A stretch of DNA of 53,193 nucleotides. Source: Lachnospiraceae bacterium UBA7109. Its GTDB lineage: Bacteria > Bacillota > Clostridia > Lachnospirales > Lachnospiraceae. Positions within the stretch are counted from its first letter, which is position 1. Each line of letters opens with the position of its first letter. Location: the NCBI GenBank assembly GCA_002492335.1, contig DKYD01000104.1, forward strand, positions 27,749-80,941, read 5' to 3'. A model generated the notes under the pieces. The model made no database searches. It saw only the letters and a list, made by a program, of their open reading frames with translations, and was not told the origin of the DNA. The translations under genes were made by a program, and so were the position numbers. Below are positions 9,522-18,362 of the stretch, piece by piece.

Positions 9522-10238
9522 ATGAAAAGCCCCATTTTACACGTGTTTTATGAAGATGAACACATGATTGTCTGTTATAAGCCCGCCAAAATCGCAACAG
9601 AAAGTAGCAAAATCGGTACACCGGACATGATAAGCATATTAAAAAACTATATCAATCAATCTTCCGGTCGAACAGGGAATTCCTATCTCGCCGTTATCCA
9701 CAGACTTGACCAGCCGGTCAGCGGAATTCTTGTATTTGCCAAAACACCTTTTGCGGCAAAGGAGCTGAACCGTCAGCTCACAGCCCACAAGTTCGGCAAA
9801 TATTATCTTGCGCTGGTGAGCAAAGCTCCTGAAAAGCAGGAAGCAGCGTTGGAACACTATCTTGTAAAAGACGCGCGAAGCAACACATCCCGGATCTGCA
9901 GCCCTCATACTCCCGGTGCGAAATTTGCCCGTCTTTCTTACAAAATACTGACAGATCAGACAGACTTCTTTTCCACTGACCGGTACAGTTCCGATTCCGA
10001 AAGTTCTCCGACTGTTCTGGAAATACATCTGGACACCGGACGGCACCATCAGATTCGGGTACAGCTTGCCGGTATCGGCTGCCCCATTGTCGGCGATACA
10101 AAATATAATCCTGCATCATCCCACATGCATACATGGCAGGATATCTGTCTGTGTGCATACAAATTAAGCTTTTATCATCCAGTCACACGCAGACCGATGC
10201 ATTTTGAAATCTCTGCCGGCGATTTCAAAACTTTATAA
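9522..10238 (+). CDS. RluA-family pseudouridine synthase
   Basis: Catalytic motif HRLDQPVSGILVFAKT and C-terminal GR.HQIR motif. Confidence 0.9.
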   Translation: MKSPILHVFYEDEHMIVCYKPAKIATESSKIGTPDMISILKNYINQSSGRTGNSYLAVIHRLDQPVSGILVFAKTPFAAKELNRQLTAHKFGKYYLALVSKAPEKQEAALEHYLVKDARSNTSRICSPHTPGAKFARLSYKILTDQTDFFSTDRYSSDSESSPTVLEIHLDTGRHHQIRVQLAGIGCPIVGDTKYNPASSHMHTWQDICLCAYKLSFYHPVTRRPMHFEISAGDFKTL

Positions 10239-10254
10239 AAAGAAGGAAATGATT

Positions 10255-11607
10255 ATGAAAAAGATTTTATTACCCCAAAAAGTAAATTATATTATCGAAA
10301 CCTTGCAAAGTCATGGTTTTGAAGCATATGCGGTAGGCGGCTGCGTCAGAGATTCTATTCTCGGACGCACCCCGGAAGACTGGGATATTACGACCTCAGC
10401 TATGCCGGAAGAGACAAAAGCCTTATTTCCACGCACCTTCGATACCGGTATTGAACACGGCACCATTACCGTTCTTCTGGATGGGGAGGGATTTGAAGTG
10501 ACCACCTACCGGATTGACGGAAAGTACGAGGACAGCCGCCATCCGTCCGAGGTAACATTTACCCGTTGCCTTCAGGAGGATCTGCTTCGCCGGGACTTCA
10601 CGATTAATGCAATGGCATACAATAACACCACCGGACTTGTTGATATTTTTGACGGTAAAAAAGATTTAGAAAAAGGAATCATCCGCTGTGTCGGAAATGC
10701 TTCTGCCAGATTTTCGGAAGATGCGCTCCGCATCCTGAGGGGAATCCGGTTTGCAGCCCAGCTCGGCTTTACCATTGATAAAGAAACGAAGGACAGTATG
10801 CAGAAACTTGCACCGACACTTCAGAAGATCAGTGCAGAACGCATACAGACCGAGCTGGTTAAAATGCTGGTATCCGATCACCCGGAATTTCTCCGGGACG
10901 CCTTCCGGCTTGGAATAACCGCGCAGTTTCTTCCCGAATTCGACATTCTTATGAATACTACACAGGAAACGTCTCACCACATGTATACAGTCGGAGAGCA
11001 CACATTACATGCACTGCAGAATATACGCGCAGACAAGCTCCTGCGCCTCACCATGCTGTTTCACGACATGGGTAAGCCTGCATTCAAAACATTTGACGAA
11101 AACGGACAGGCTCACTTTAAAAAGCATGCCGCCCAAAGCGAGATTATCACCCGGAAGGTTTTAAAAAGGTTAAAGTTTGATAACGACACTCTCGCAAAGA
11201 CAAGCAGACTTGTGCTTTATCATGATTACCGTATGCCTGCAACTCCCAAAAATGTAAGGCGCGCAATAAATAAGATTGGAGAAGACCTGTTTCCTTATTA
11301 TATGGAAGTCCGACGGGCAGACGTAATGGCACAAAGCCTTTATAAACGGGAAGAAAAACTGCAAAATCTTGACGAGATCGAACAAATTTATAATGATATT
11401 GTATCTGCAAAACAATGTGTATCACTCAAAACTCTTGCGGTGACAGGGAAAGACCTCATAGAAGCCGGTATGGAACCCGGAAAAGGGATCGGGGAAAAGC
11501 TGAATGAATTTCTTTCGCTTGTTCTGGATGATCCTTCTCTGAATACAAAAGAAGAACTATTAAAACGACTGAACAGAGCTGAAGAAACCAAAGGATGGAG
11601 AGCATAA
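10255..11607 (+). CDS. cca: CCA-adding tRNA nucleotidyltransferase with HD domain
   Basis: Polymerase-beta motif AVGGCVRDSILGR..DWDITT, RRDFTINA, and an HD region (LFHDMGKP). ATG 10255 follows AGAAGGAAA. Confidence 0.88.
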   Translation: MKKILLPQKVNYIIETLQSHGFEAYAVGGCVRDSILGRTPEDWDITTSAMPEETKALFPRTFDTGIEHGTITVLLDGEGFEVTTYRIDGKYEDSRHPSEVTFTRCLQEDLLRRDFTINAMAYNNTTGLVDIFDGKKDLEKGIIRCVGNASARFSEDALRILRGIRFAAQLGFTIDKETKDSMQKLAPTLQKISAERIQTELVKMLVSDHPEFLRDAFRLGITAQFLPEFDILMNTTQETSHHMYTVGEHTLHALQNIRADKLLRLTMLFHDMGKPAFKTFDENGQAHFKKHAAQSEIITRKVLKRLKFDNDTLAKTSRLVLYHDYRMPATPKNVRRAINKIGEDLFPYYMEVRRADVMAQSLYKREEKLQNLDEIEQIYNDIVSAKQCVSLKTLAVTGKDLIEAGMEPGKGIGEKLNEFLSLVLDDPSLNTKEELLKRLNRAEETKGWRA

Positions 11608-11629
11608 TGCTCTCCACTTCTGTTCATGA

Positions 11630-13180
11630 TCATCCTATAAGATTTATTTTTTCCAATAAATAAAACATTACCGTTTTATCACCAATAATAATCTTTCCAC
11701 TACAAGCCATACCATTTTTCAAAGTCGCACTGTCACCATCTTTATTCTGTAATTTCATATTATCACACTTCACTTTAACAACATAATAAGCAGATCCCGT
11801 ATTATCATTGACAGTAATATCCTTCGATATATTAGATACCGTACCTGTAAAATATCCATATTCGCTTGATGGAAAAGCTGCAATCTCAAATTTAACTTCT
11901 TGTCCTTCAGAAATCTTTCCTATATCCGAGTTATCCACATATAACTCAGCATAAAACTCCGATTCGTTTTCCGGATAAATACTTCCAATATTGCCTCCTT
12001 CCTGGACATAACTTCCTTGCTTAAAATTCTGACTGCAATAAAAATACCCTGAAGAAGGTGCACTTATTGAACAATTGTCATTCTTTATATTATAACTTTT
12101 AAGATACTCCTCACACTCACTCTTCTTATCTTCATATGCTATTTTTTCACTGGCTAAATTTCCCTTTTCTGTGAGAATTGCAACATCATTGTTTGATATA
12201 TCATTTCCAATGTTATCAAGTTCGAGCTGCGCAGATTTCAAATTAGTATTTAAAGTGATAAGATTCTCATTACAGCTCTCAATCATCTGCTCAATATTTG
12301 CAACTTGAGTTGCCTCCAAATTAGAAAGAACCTGCCTCTTTTCTTCCTCAATTGTACTTATATTATTTTGCAAGGATTCCTTTTGATTTTTTAAACTCTC
12401 TAAATCTGTAACTTCATCAGCTTTTTCTACCTGTTGTTCTATTAGACCAATCTGGCGCTGACATTCCGTAATTTTATTATCATATTGTAGCTTCGAATAA
12501 TCATATGATGAAATATAGCCGCTAACAATACTACTATAGTAACTGTCACTTAAGCCAAATGAATTATTTCGGCTTGTAATACAATTTTTTACTTGTCCAA
12601 GCTTGATTATCTTTGTCTCATACTGCTCTATCGTTGATGTAACTGACGCAATATTGCCTTGATATATTTCCTTTTGAGCACCTGTAGAATGAGCGTCAGC
12701 CTTAATATTTTCTATCAGTAATGCTCTTCGATTCACAAATTCTTCATAATACGGATTCTCTTTATAATCTTCCGAAATAACTGTTCCATTATCAAGTGCC
12801 TTTTCATATGCATCTAAAATATCAAGCCTCGCATTTATATTCTCCAAGTCAGTCTGATACGATATAATAGTGTCAGACAAAGAATCTATTGAAACAACAT
12901 AAAGAATATCTCCCTCTTTGACATATGTACCATTTTCCACCCGACAATCAGATATCTTCCCCGACACTCCACTACTTATATCGTAAACAGAATCCGCATT
13001 TCTAAATATTCCATCACTTTTTACCACATCATCTAGTTTAAATACTGATGCCCAAATACAAGCTGATATAAGTACTGCTAAAACAGCATATATTGTATAG
13101 ACCAAAAAGGGATTGGGCTTAGACTCATAAACCTCTACACTATCACTCAAATCCTTCATTTCTGTAATAATTGGTTTCAT
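11630..13180 (-). CDS. HlyD-family bacteriocin secretion accessory protein
   Basis: 516 aa with an N-terminal TM and a long coiled coil, then a C-terminal beta-barrel-like region. Its start overlaps the PCAT stop by 4 nt (ATGA). Confidence 0.88.
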   Translation of the reverse strand: MKPIITEMKDLSDSVEVYESKPNPFLVYTIYAVLAVLISACIWASVFKLDDVVKSDGIFRNADSVYDISSGVSGKISDCRVENGTYVKEGDILYVVSIDSLSDTIISYQTDLENINARLDILDAYEKALDNGTVISEDYKENPYYEEFVNRRALLIENIKADAHSTGAQKEIYQGNIASVTSTIEQYETKIIKLGQVKNCITSRNNSFGLSDSYYSSIVSGYISSYDYSKLQYDNKITECQRQIGLIEQQVEKADEVTDLESLKNQKESLQNNISTIEEEKRQVLSNLEATQVANIEQMIESCNENLITLNTNLKSAQLELDNIGNDISNNDVAILTEKGNLASEKIAYEDKKSECEEYLKSYNIKNDNCSISAPSSGYFYCSQNFKQGSYVQEGGNIGSIYPENESEFYAELYVDNSDIGKISEGQEVKFEIAAFPSSEYGYFTGTVSNISKDITVNDNTGSAYYVVKVKCDNMKLQNKDGDSATLKNGMACSGKIIIGDKTVMFYLLEKINLIG

Positions 13181-15414
13181 CCGTCTTTACCCACCTTTCT
13201 GTTGTGCAACTCATCTGATACTTCAAGGCTCTGCTGTTTTATTAATTCTGCATATTTACCGCCGGACTCTGTCAGTTCCTTATGATTCCCGCTTTCAATA
13301 ACTCTTCCATTTTCAAACACATAGATTTTGTTACAATTCTTAATTGTGCTGAGTCTGTGGGCAATAAATATGACTGTCATATCCTTAGAAAACTCATTAA
13401 TAGTTCTATCAAGGGCACGTTCTGTGATGGCATCAAGGTTACTGGTTGCCTCATCAAGAATAAGTATATCTGGTTTCTTAAGCATAGCCCTGGCTATTGC
13501 AAGACGCTGCCTCTGTCCACCAGAAAGGTTAGCTCCATTCTCATCAAGCATAGTCTCGTATCTAAGCGGTAATTGATTAATAAAATCATGAGCCTGCGCC
13601 ATTTTGCTCGCCTCTATAATATCATCCATTGTGGCATTGTCTAAGCCAAGTGTTAAATTCTCAAATATTGTCCCACTGAATAAAAATGTTTCTTGAGGAA
13701 TATATGCGATTCTGTCTCTGATTTTTTCAATCTGAATATCCTCAATGTTATTACCATTGATAAGAATTTCTCCTTTTTCTACAGAATACATATGAAGAAG
13801 CAGCTTTGAAAGTGTTGTTTTTCCAGACCCGCTCTCACCCACAAAAGCAACCTTCTGTCCTTTTTCAATTTTGATATTTATATCCTCGAGGACCAATCTT
13901 CTTGTCCCATAACGGAAGCTTAAACCCTTTATCTCAACATCTCCGGCAATACTTTCAGGATGAAGCTTTCTATTTTCCGCCTCAGTCTTTTCCCCTTCCA
14001 AGTCTAATATTTCTCCAAGTCTGTCTGCTGCAACAACAGCAGTTTGCATCTGTGGCTGAAGATTAATAAGGTTTTTCACCGGATCTAAAAAGTATGCAAG
14101 AAGAGCATTAAAAGTAATAAGTGAACCAATCGTCATCTCGCCATTTATCACGCTTATGCCCCCAATCCATAAAATCACAATTCCACCCACAAGCTCCACA
14201 AACGTCTTAAGTGAAGTTTGCAAATTTTCTACCCAACACAGTTCAAAAATACTTCTTAACAGTTTTATAAACTTACGTTCCGTTTCCAAGTTGACCTTTG
14301 GTTCTGCATTATAAGACTTAACAGTTTGAATTCCATTTAACGATTCTACCATATATGAAGTCAACTGTGCATTATCCTCCATCTGCCTGCGATTGAGTCT
14401 CTCATACCACTTATTAAATCCGACAACGGTTGCAAAATACAGGACAACCATAATTATTGTAATAACGAAAAGCGCAGAATTTTGAATATAGAGTATTATC
14501 GCCCCAGCAACTGCCATCAGTGTATCAATCATAATTGTAAGCGTTGCACCGGAAATGGCATCTCTCACCTTACTGGCATCATTGAATCTTGAAATAATTT
14601 CGCCCACCTTTCTTGTACCAAAAAAATTCATAGGTAGTTCTAAAACATGACGATAATACCCCAGAAGCAATGCAATATCCAATTTCTGACTCAAATATAA
14701 CAGCAAATGCGACCTAAATGCATTCAATATGACTTTAAACACATTTAAAGCAATCACACCTATAGATAATGTCATAAGTGTTTTACTTAATGCATCCGGT
14801 AACACTGTATCTATGAGCTCCTGGAAATAAAACGCTCCCAATATTCCAAGAATTGTATATACTAATGAAGCAAAAAATATATGAAGAAGCAGTTTTTTCT
14901 GTGGTTTCAACAGATAAAAAAAACGGCTAAACAATCCTTTTGTTTCGTCGCCCTTTGCAAATGCTTCTTTTTTAACTAACAAGATCAAAACACCGCTCCA
15001 TTGATACTTTGGTGCTTTCCCCTCGTCGTGGACTTCTCCAAAAAAATCTTCCGGCGTCAGTTTTACAATTCCAACTCCCGGATCCGCTATGATTATCTGT
15101 TGCTTTGTAATTTTATGTATTACCACATAGTGTAACAGACTTCCATTTACAATCACATGAGCGATACAGGGCAATGGAAACTCTGAAAAAAAAGCTTCTT
15201 TATTTCCCCTTACCCCTTTTGCGCTAAACCCTAACTGTTCTGCTGCTTTAACTACACCATATACATTTGTTCCCTGTTTATCTGTACCCGCGACCTCACG
15301 GATTTGAGTTATGCCTATTTTATAGCCATTTTGTTTACAAATAGTCGCAAGACAGGCAGCTCCACAATCTGTAATGTCATGTTGTTTTATACAATAATAT
15401 TTCATCTTTTTCAT
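13177..15414 (-). CDS. peptidase C39-domain ABC transporter (PCAT; double-glycine leader processing/export)
   Basis: N-terminal C39 motif QHDITDCGAACLATI with the catalytic Cys, a 6-TM domain, Walker A GESGSGKTT, signature LSGGQRQRLAIARA and Walker B ILILDEATS. Confidence 0.93.
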   Translation of the reverse strand: MKKMKYYCIKQHDITDCGAACLATICKQNGYKIGITQIREVAGTDKQGTNVYGVVKAAEQLGFSAKGVRGNKEAFFSEFPLPCIAHVIVNGSLLHYVVIHKITKQQIIIADPGVGIVKLTPEDFFGEVHDEGKAPKYQWSGVLILLVKKEAFAKGDETKGLFSRFFYLLKPQKKLLLHIFFASLVYTILGILGAFYFQELIDTVLPDALSKTLMTLSIGVIALNVFKVILNAFRSHLLLYLSQKLDIALLLGYYRHVLELPMNFFGTRKVGEIISRFNDASKVRDAISGATLTIMIDTLMAVAGAIILYIQNSALFVITIIMVVLYFATVVGFNKWYERLNRRQMEDNAQLTSYMVESLNGIQTVKSYNAEPKVNLETERKFIKLLRSIFELCWVENLQTSLKTFVELVGGIVILWIGGISVINGEMTIGSLITFNALLAYFLDPVKNLINLQPQMQTAVVAADRLGEILDLEGEKTEAENRKLHPESIAGDVEIKGLSFRYGTRRLVLEDINIKIEKGQKVAFVGESGSGKTTLSKLLLHMYSVEKGEILINGNNIEDIQIEKIRDRIAYIPQETFLFSGTIFENLTLGLDNATMDDIIEASKMAQAHDFINQLPLRYETMLDENGANLSGGQRQRLAIARAMLKKPDILILDEATSNLDAITERALDRTINEFSKDMTVIFIAHRLSTIKNCNKIYVFENGRVIESGNHKELTESGGKYAELIKQQSLEVSDELHNRKVGKDG

Positions 15415-15549
15415 CTCTCTATCTTACTTCTTATTCAATAGCAAAAACCTCCGCACTATTTAAATGCTAATTTCAAAAATAGATTTTCTTATATCTGATA
15501 TTTATATACCTGCTTTTCCTTATTTACGATTATCGCGCGACCTGCTTGA

Positions 15550-16120
15550 CTACTCATTTGGTATATACCAGTAACTATTAAATCCATACATGTAAACTCT
15601 TGCTGACTTCGGCATTTGAACGACTGCATTATATATATTGTAATAATCGCCTACGCCCCTCCAATTGCAAATGCCCCTGCCGCACCTAAGATAACATATC
15701 CCGGATTAAGCAAAAAAATAATATACGGAACAAATCCAAATACTACACTTGGAAAAATGCTCATAATTATAAATCTCCGTTTACTAAATGTTTCCGGACC
15801 GACTACAAATAACATCCCCCATTTCAGAGCATGATATAAGTATACTCTTCCCTTAAAAAAATTGCATGTAACAATTCATGCGGTACAAATGTCAAACACA
15901 TGATACCGCCACCTATACCTATCAACTCAAGATTTCTTACTTCAGTTCTAACGTATATTAACATCACAAACAAAATAGTTACAGCAATCGAAATCACATT
16001 CATAACTACTGCGAATTTTCTGCCTTCCAATTCTTTAAATTTCACAGCATTCGGCATATGCTCTCCATGGGGCAGCGTAGACGGATCGCCATTATACTTT
16101 CCTTTATAAATAAGTTTCAT
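15550..16120 (-). pseudogene. DUF3267-type putative zincin membrane peptidase, broken by two homopolymer frameshifts
   Basis: Frame 1 (the track's 98-aa ORF) carries HELLHA. Reading continues in a second frame (..FFKGRVYLYHALKWGMLFVVGPETFSKRRF...GAFAIGG) after a T7 run. It continues in a third frame (GVGDYYNIYNAVVQMPKSARVYMYGFNSYWYIPNE*) after a G4 run. Confidence 0.7.
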
Positions 16121-16254
16121 CTTCCCTATTAGACGCCCCTCCTACTCACTCATTGCCCCTATGCTGCTAATAACAAAAAACGCTATATACAACATAAAAC
16201 CAATGCTTAAAAATTCTTTTTTTGCACAAAAGCTCTTAACACAATCTTCATCCT

Positions 16255-17022
16255 TTAAAACAAACATTGTTTTCCTTTAAAAATAAATATTAACGCACCA
16301 CCCGTTACAAATACGATTTGTAGTACTGTTGTAATTGCCCCAGTCGGTATAAAATCTGATATTATTGCACCAAATAAATTAAATGACATATGCAAATAAA
16401 TTGCATACTTTATTTCCCCTGTAATAATCACGATATTTGCACACAATGCCCCCAAAAATATCGTGTATAACAACTGCTCCAAATTTGCATGAAATAATCC
16501 AAAAAACAGACTACTAATCGCAATTGCTATAACTTTTCCATATGGCAGCAGCTCTTCTAACAATATTTTTCTAAACAAAAGTTCTTCAAAAACAGGTGAA
16601 ATAATTACCACGCAAACAAAAAGTAAAACTATTGGTACATTCTCTACATAAGATTCTACAACGCCTTTATTCATTTCTCCGGTTATCAAATATATTTTAA
16701 GATAATTAACTATCTTATCTGTAACGTTAGATAATACTGTTGTCATTCCTAATAATATAAGTAAATATCCGCCACCATCACAAATCGAAAGCTTTCGTTC
16801 CAAGGATACTTCATTTATATCTCTTTTCTTCATACCCTTAGTAAATAGTTGAAAGAAGTATAAATACCCAACACTGGCCATACATCCACCTATAAGCTGA
16901 ATTGATTGTGTACTTAAAGGTAAACTTACAACTTCCATAACACCAACAACCAAACCACTAAATATACTAGACAGGAGCATGGCGCCTAGCAAGGCGCCAC
17001 TAATTTTACTGATTGTTTTCAT
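16255..17022 (-). CDS. CPBP-family intramembrane metalloprotease (Abi / bacteriocin self-immunity type)
   Basis: Multi-TM protein with motifs FEELLFRK, FGLFHAN and YLHMSFN. Confidence 0.85.
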   Translation of the reverse strand: MKTISKISGALLGAMLLSSIFSGLVVGVMEVVSLPLSTQSIQLIGGCMASVGYLYFFQLFTKGMKKRDINEVSLERKLSICDGGGYLLILLGMTTVLSNVTDKIVNYLKIYLITGEMNKGVVESYVENVPIVLLFVCVVIISPVFEELLFRKILLEELLPYGKVIAIAISSLFFGLFHANLEQLLYTIFLGALCANIVIITGEIKYAIYLHMSFNLFGAIISDFIPTGAITTVLQIVFVTGGALIFIFKGKQCLF

Positions 17023-17041
17023 TTTTTATAATCCTTTCAAT

Positions 17042-17902
17042 CTAAAACAGCGCAAAAATTATCAAAGTTACTGCCACAAAAACAAATCGCTTCGACACCA
17101 AACACTTTTTCCACTGTATCTCTTCTTTAATAAAAGCAAATATTTTTTCTCTTTTTTTCCAATAAATAATAATTGCCCCAAAACAAATAATTGCAAATAA
17201 CAAAAAAGCTACTGTCTTTAACTCTGTACTGTTAATTCGGGACATAACTTCTGCCATAGAATTATTAAAGACATGAAATATCACTGCCCAATATAAAGAA
17301 AACTCTGTTGCTACATAACCTAAAATTATGCCTATTAATACAGCATAAATTCCTTGCTCTATATTCCCATGATATATTGCAAAAAGAATAGCTGATATTA
17401 TAATAGCTGATTTATTTCCTAATATTTTCAACAAATTCAATATGATATCGCGAAATAGTACTTCTTCAAAAAACGGGCCGATTATACAAGTAAATAAAAT
17501 AATGCTTATCGATTCCATCTGACTGGTATCGTTGACTAATGAACTCTGAATGGTATACCCTATATTATGAAGAGTTACATTTAAGATCTCTATTATTATA
17601 TTAGCCAATATCTGGGCAATAATAATCCCACCAATGCCCCCTAATAAAGCTGACTTTGACATTCTCCTATATATTATTTTTCTGTGATTCTTATTCACAT
17701 ACTTAACTGAAAACAATATTGTAAAAAAAACGAGCCAACTAGTAAACATAAAAATCCCACTCATCTTCAAAAACTCTGTAAATTCTTGATTGTCTGTAAA
17801 AGCAATAAACAGCAACATCAACACTATTTCCACTAAATATCTTACTAAGATAATGTTTGCTATCTTTTCCATATTCTTTTTAATTTGCATAGTATTTTGC
17901 AT
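17042..17902 (-). CDS. CPBP-family intramembrane metalloprotease (Abi / bacteriocin self-immunity type), paralogue 2
   Basis: Multi-TM protein with motifs FEEVLFRD, FAIYHGN and FHVFNN. Confidence 0.85.
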   Translation of the reverse strand: MQNTMQIKKNMEKIANIILVRYLVEIVLMLLFIAFTDNQEFTEFLKMSGIFMFTSWLVFFTILFSVKYVNKNHRKIIYRRMSKSALLGGIGGIIIAQILANIIIEILNVTLHNIGYTIQSSLVNDTSQMESISIILFTCIIGPFFEEVLFRDIILNLLKILGNKSAIIISAILFAIYHGNIEQGIYAVLIGIILGYVATEFSLYWAVIFHVFNNSMAEVMSRINSTELKTVAFLLFAIICFGAIIIYWKKREKIFAFIKEEIQWKKCLVSKRFVFVAVTLIIFALF

Positions 17903-17923
17903 ATCTTATACCCCGCATACATA

Positions 17924-17952
17924 AAGGTATACTCCAATCCGAAGTATACCTT
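17924..17952 (-). terminator. perfect 10-bp stem hairpin between the last peptide gene and the first CPBP gene (partial terminator or processing site)
   Basis: AAGGTATACT-N9-AGTATACCTT read directly. Followed on the minus strand by TTATGTAT, a weak U-tract. Confidence 0.5.
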
Positions 17953-17962
17953 CCTTTGGTTC

Positions 17963-18109
17963 TCATGATCGACAAAGTTTCATCATTGCATTTGCCCATC
18001 GATCCGCTAGTTTCCCTGCATAAAATCCAACTTTATACCAAAATCCAGCACCACCATTAATGCTTTGCATTTCATCCATTTTCATTTCATAAAAATATTC
18101 TTTTTCCAT
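17963..18109 (-). CDS. double-glycine-leader bacteriocin precursor, peptide 1 (48 aa: MEKEYFYEMKMDEMQSINGG|AGFWYKVGFYAGKLADRWANAMMKLCRS)
   Basis: Hand translation. GAGGGG RBS 9 nt upstream of the ATG. Leader has E(-8) M(-7) I(-4) G(-2) G(-1). The 28-aa mature part has a GxxxG motif and net charge +4. Located just upstream of the immunity and PCAT genes. Confidence 0.85.
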   Translation of the reverse strand: MEKEYFYEMKMDEMQSINGGAGFWYKVGFYAGKLADRWANAMMKLCRS

Positions 18110-18126
18110 ATTTACATACCCCTCTA

Positions 18127-18285
18127 CTATTTTTTACTTCTTAACCCTTTCATAAAACCCCTTCCAAAATCATAAATTTCTTCTGCAAATGAAAGTGCGA
18201 TACGAATAACTTTTCCCCAACCTCCGCCATTAATATTTTCCATTTCACTATCTGACAAATTATAAAATATTTCTTTTTTGATCAT
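18127..18285 (-). CDS. double-glycine-leader bacteriocin precursor, peptide 2 (52 aa: MIKKEIFYNLSDSEMENINGG|GWGKVIRIALSFAEEIYDFGRGFMKGLRSKK)
   Basis: Hand translation. AAGGAGAG RBS. Leader LSDSEMENINGG matches the LS..E(L/M)..I.GG consensus. The 31-aa mature part has a GxxxG motif and net charge +4. Double stop TAGTAG. Confidence 0.85.
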   Translation of the reverse strand: MIKKEIFYNLSDSEMENINGGGWGKVIRIALSFAEEIYDFGRGFMKGLRSKK

Positions 18286-18362
18286 ATATTTATTCACTCT
18301 CCTTATTTCTACAAATTATTTTCCATCTTTAAGGTGAACAGTTATACATGCTCTCCTCTTAT

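Noticed and set aside
9205-9535. T-box riboswitch upstream of proS, and the 93-aa minus-strand ORF 9254..9535.
   Set aside because: No T-box consensus (GGTGGTACCGCG-like) or specifier-loop architecture was found by eye. The 93-aa ORF spans the promoter and leader and has no RBS. The region is kept only as an 'unknown leader' finding.
16121-16254. Tiny ORFs (14 and 17 aa) between the CPBP gene and the DUF3267 gene, and a 6-aa ORF between peptides 3 and 2 (18320-18345).
   Set aside because: They have no GG leader, and no RBS or one at an improper distance. They are too short to support.
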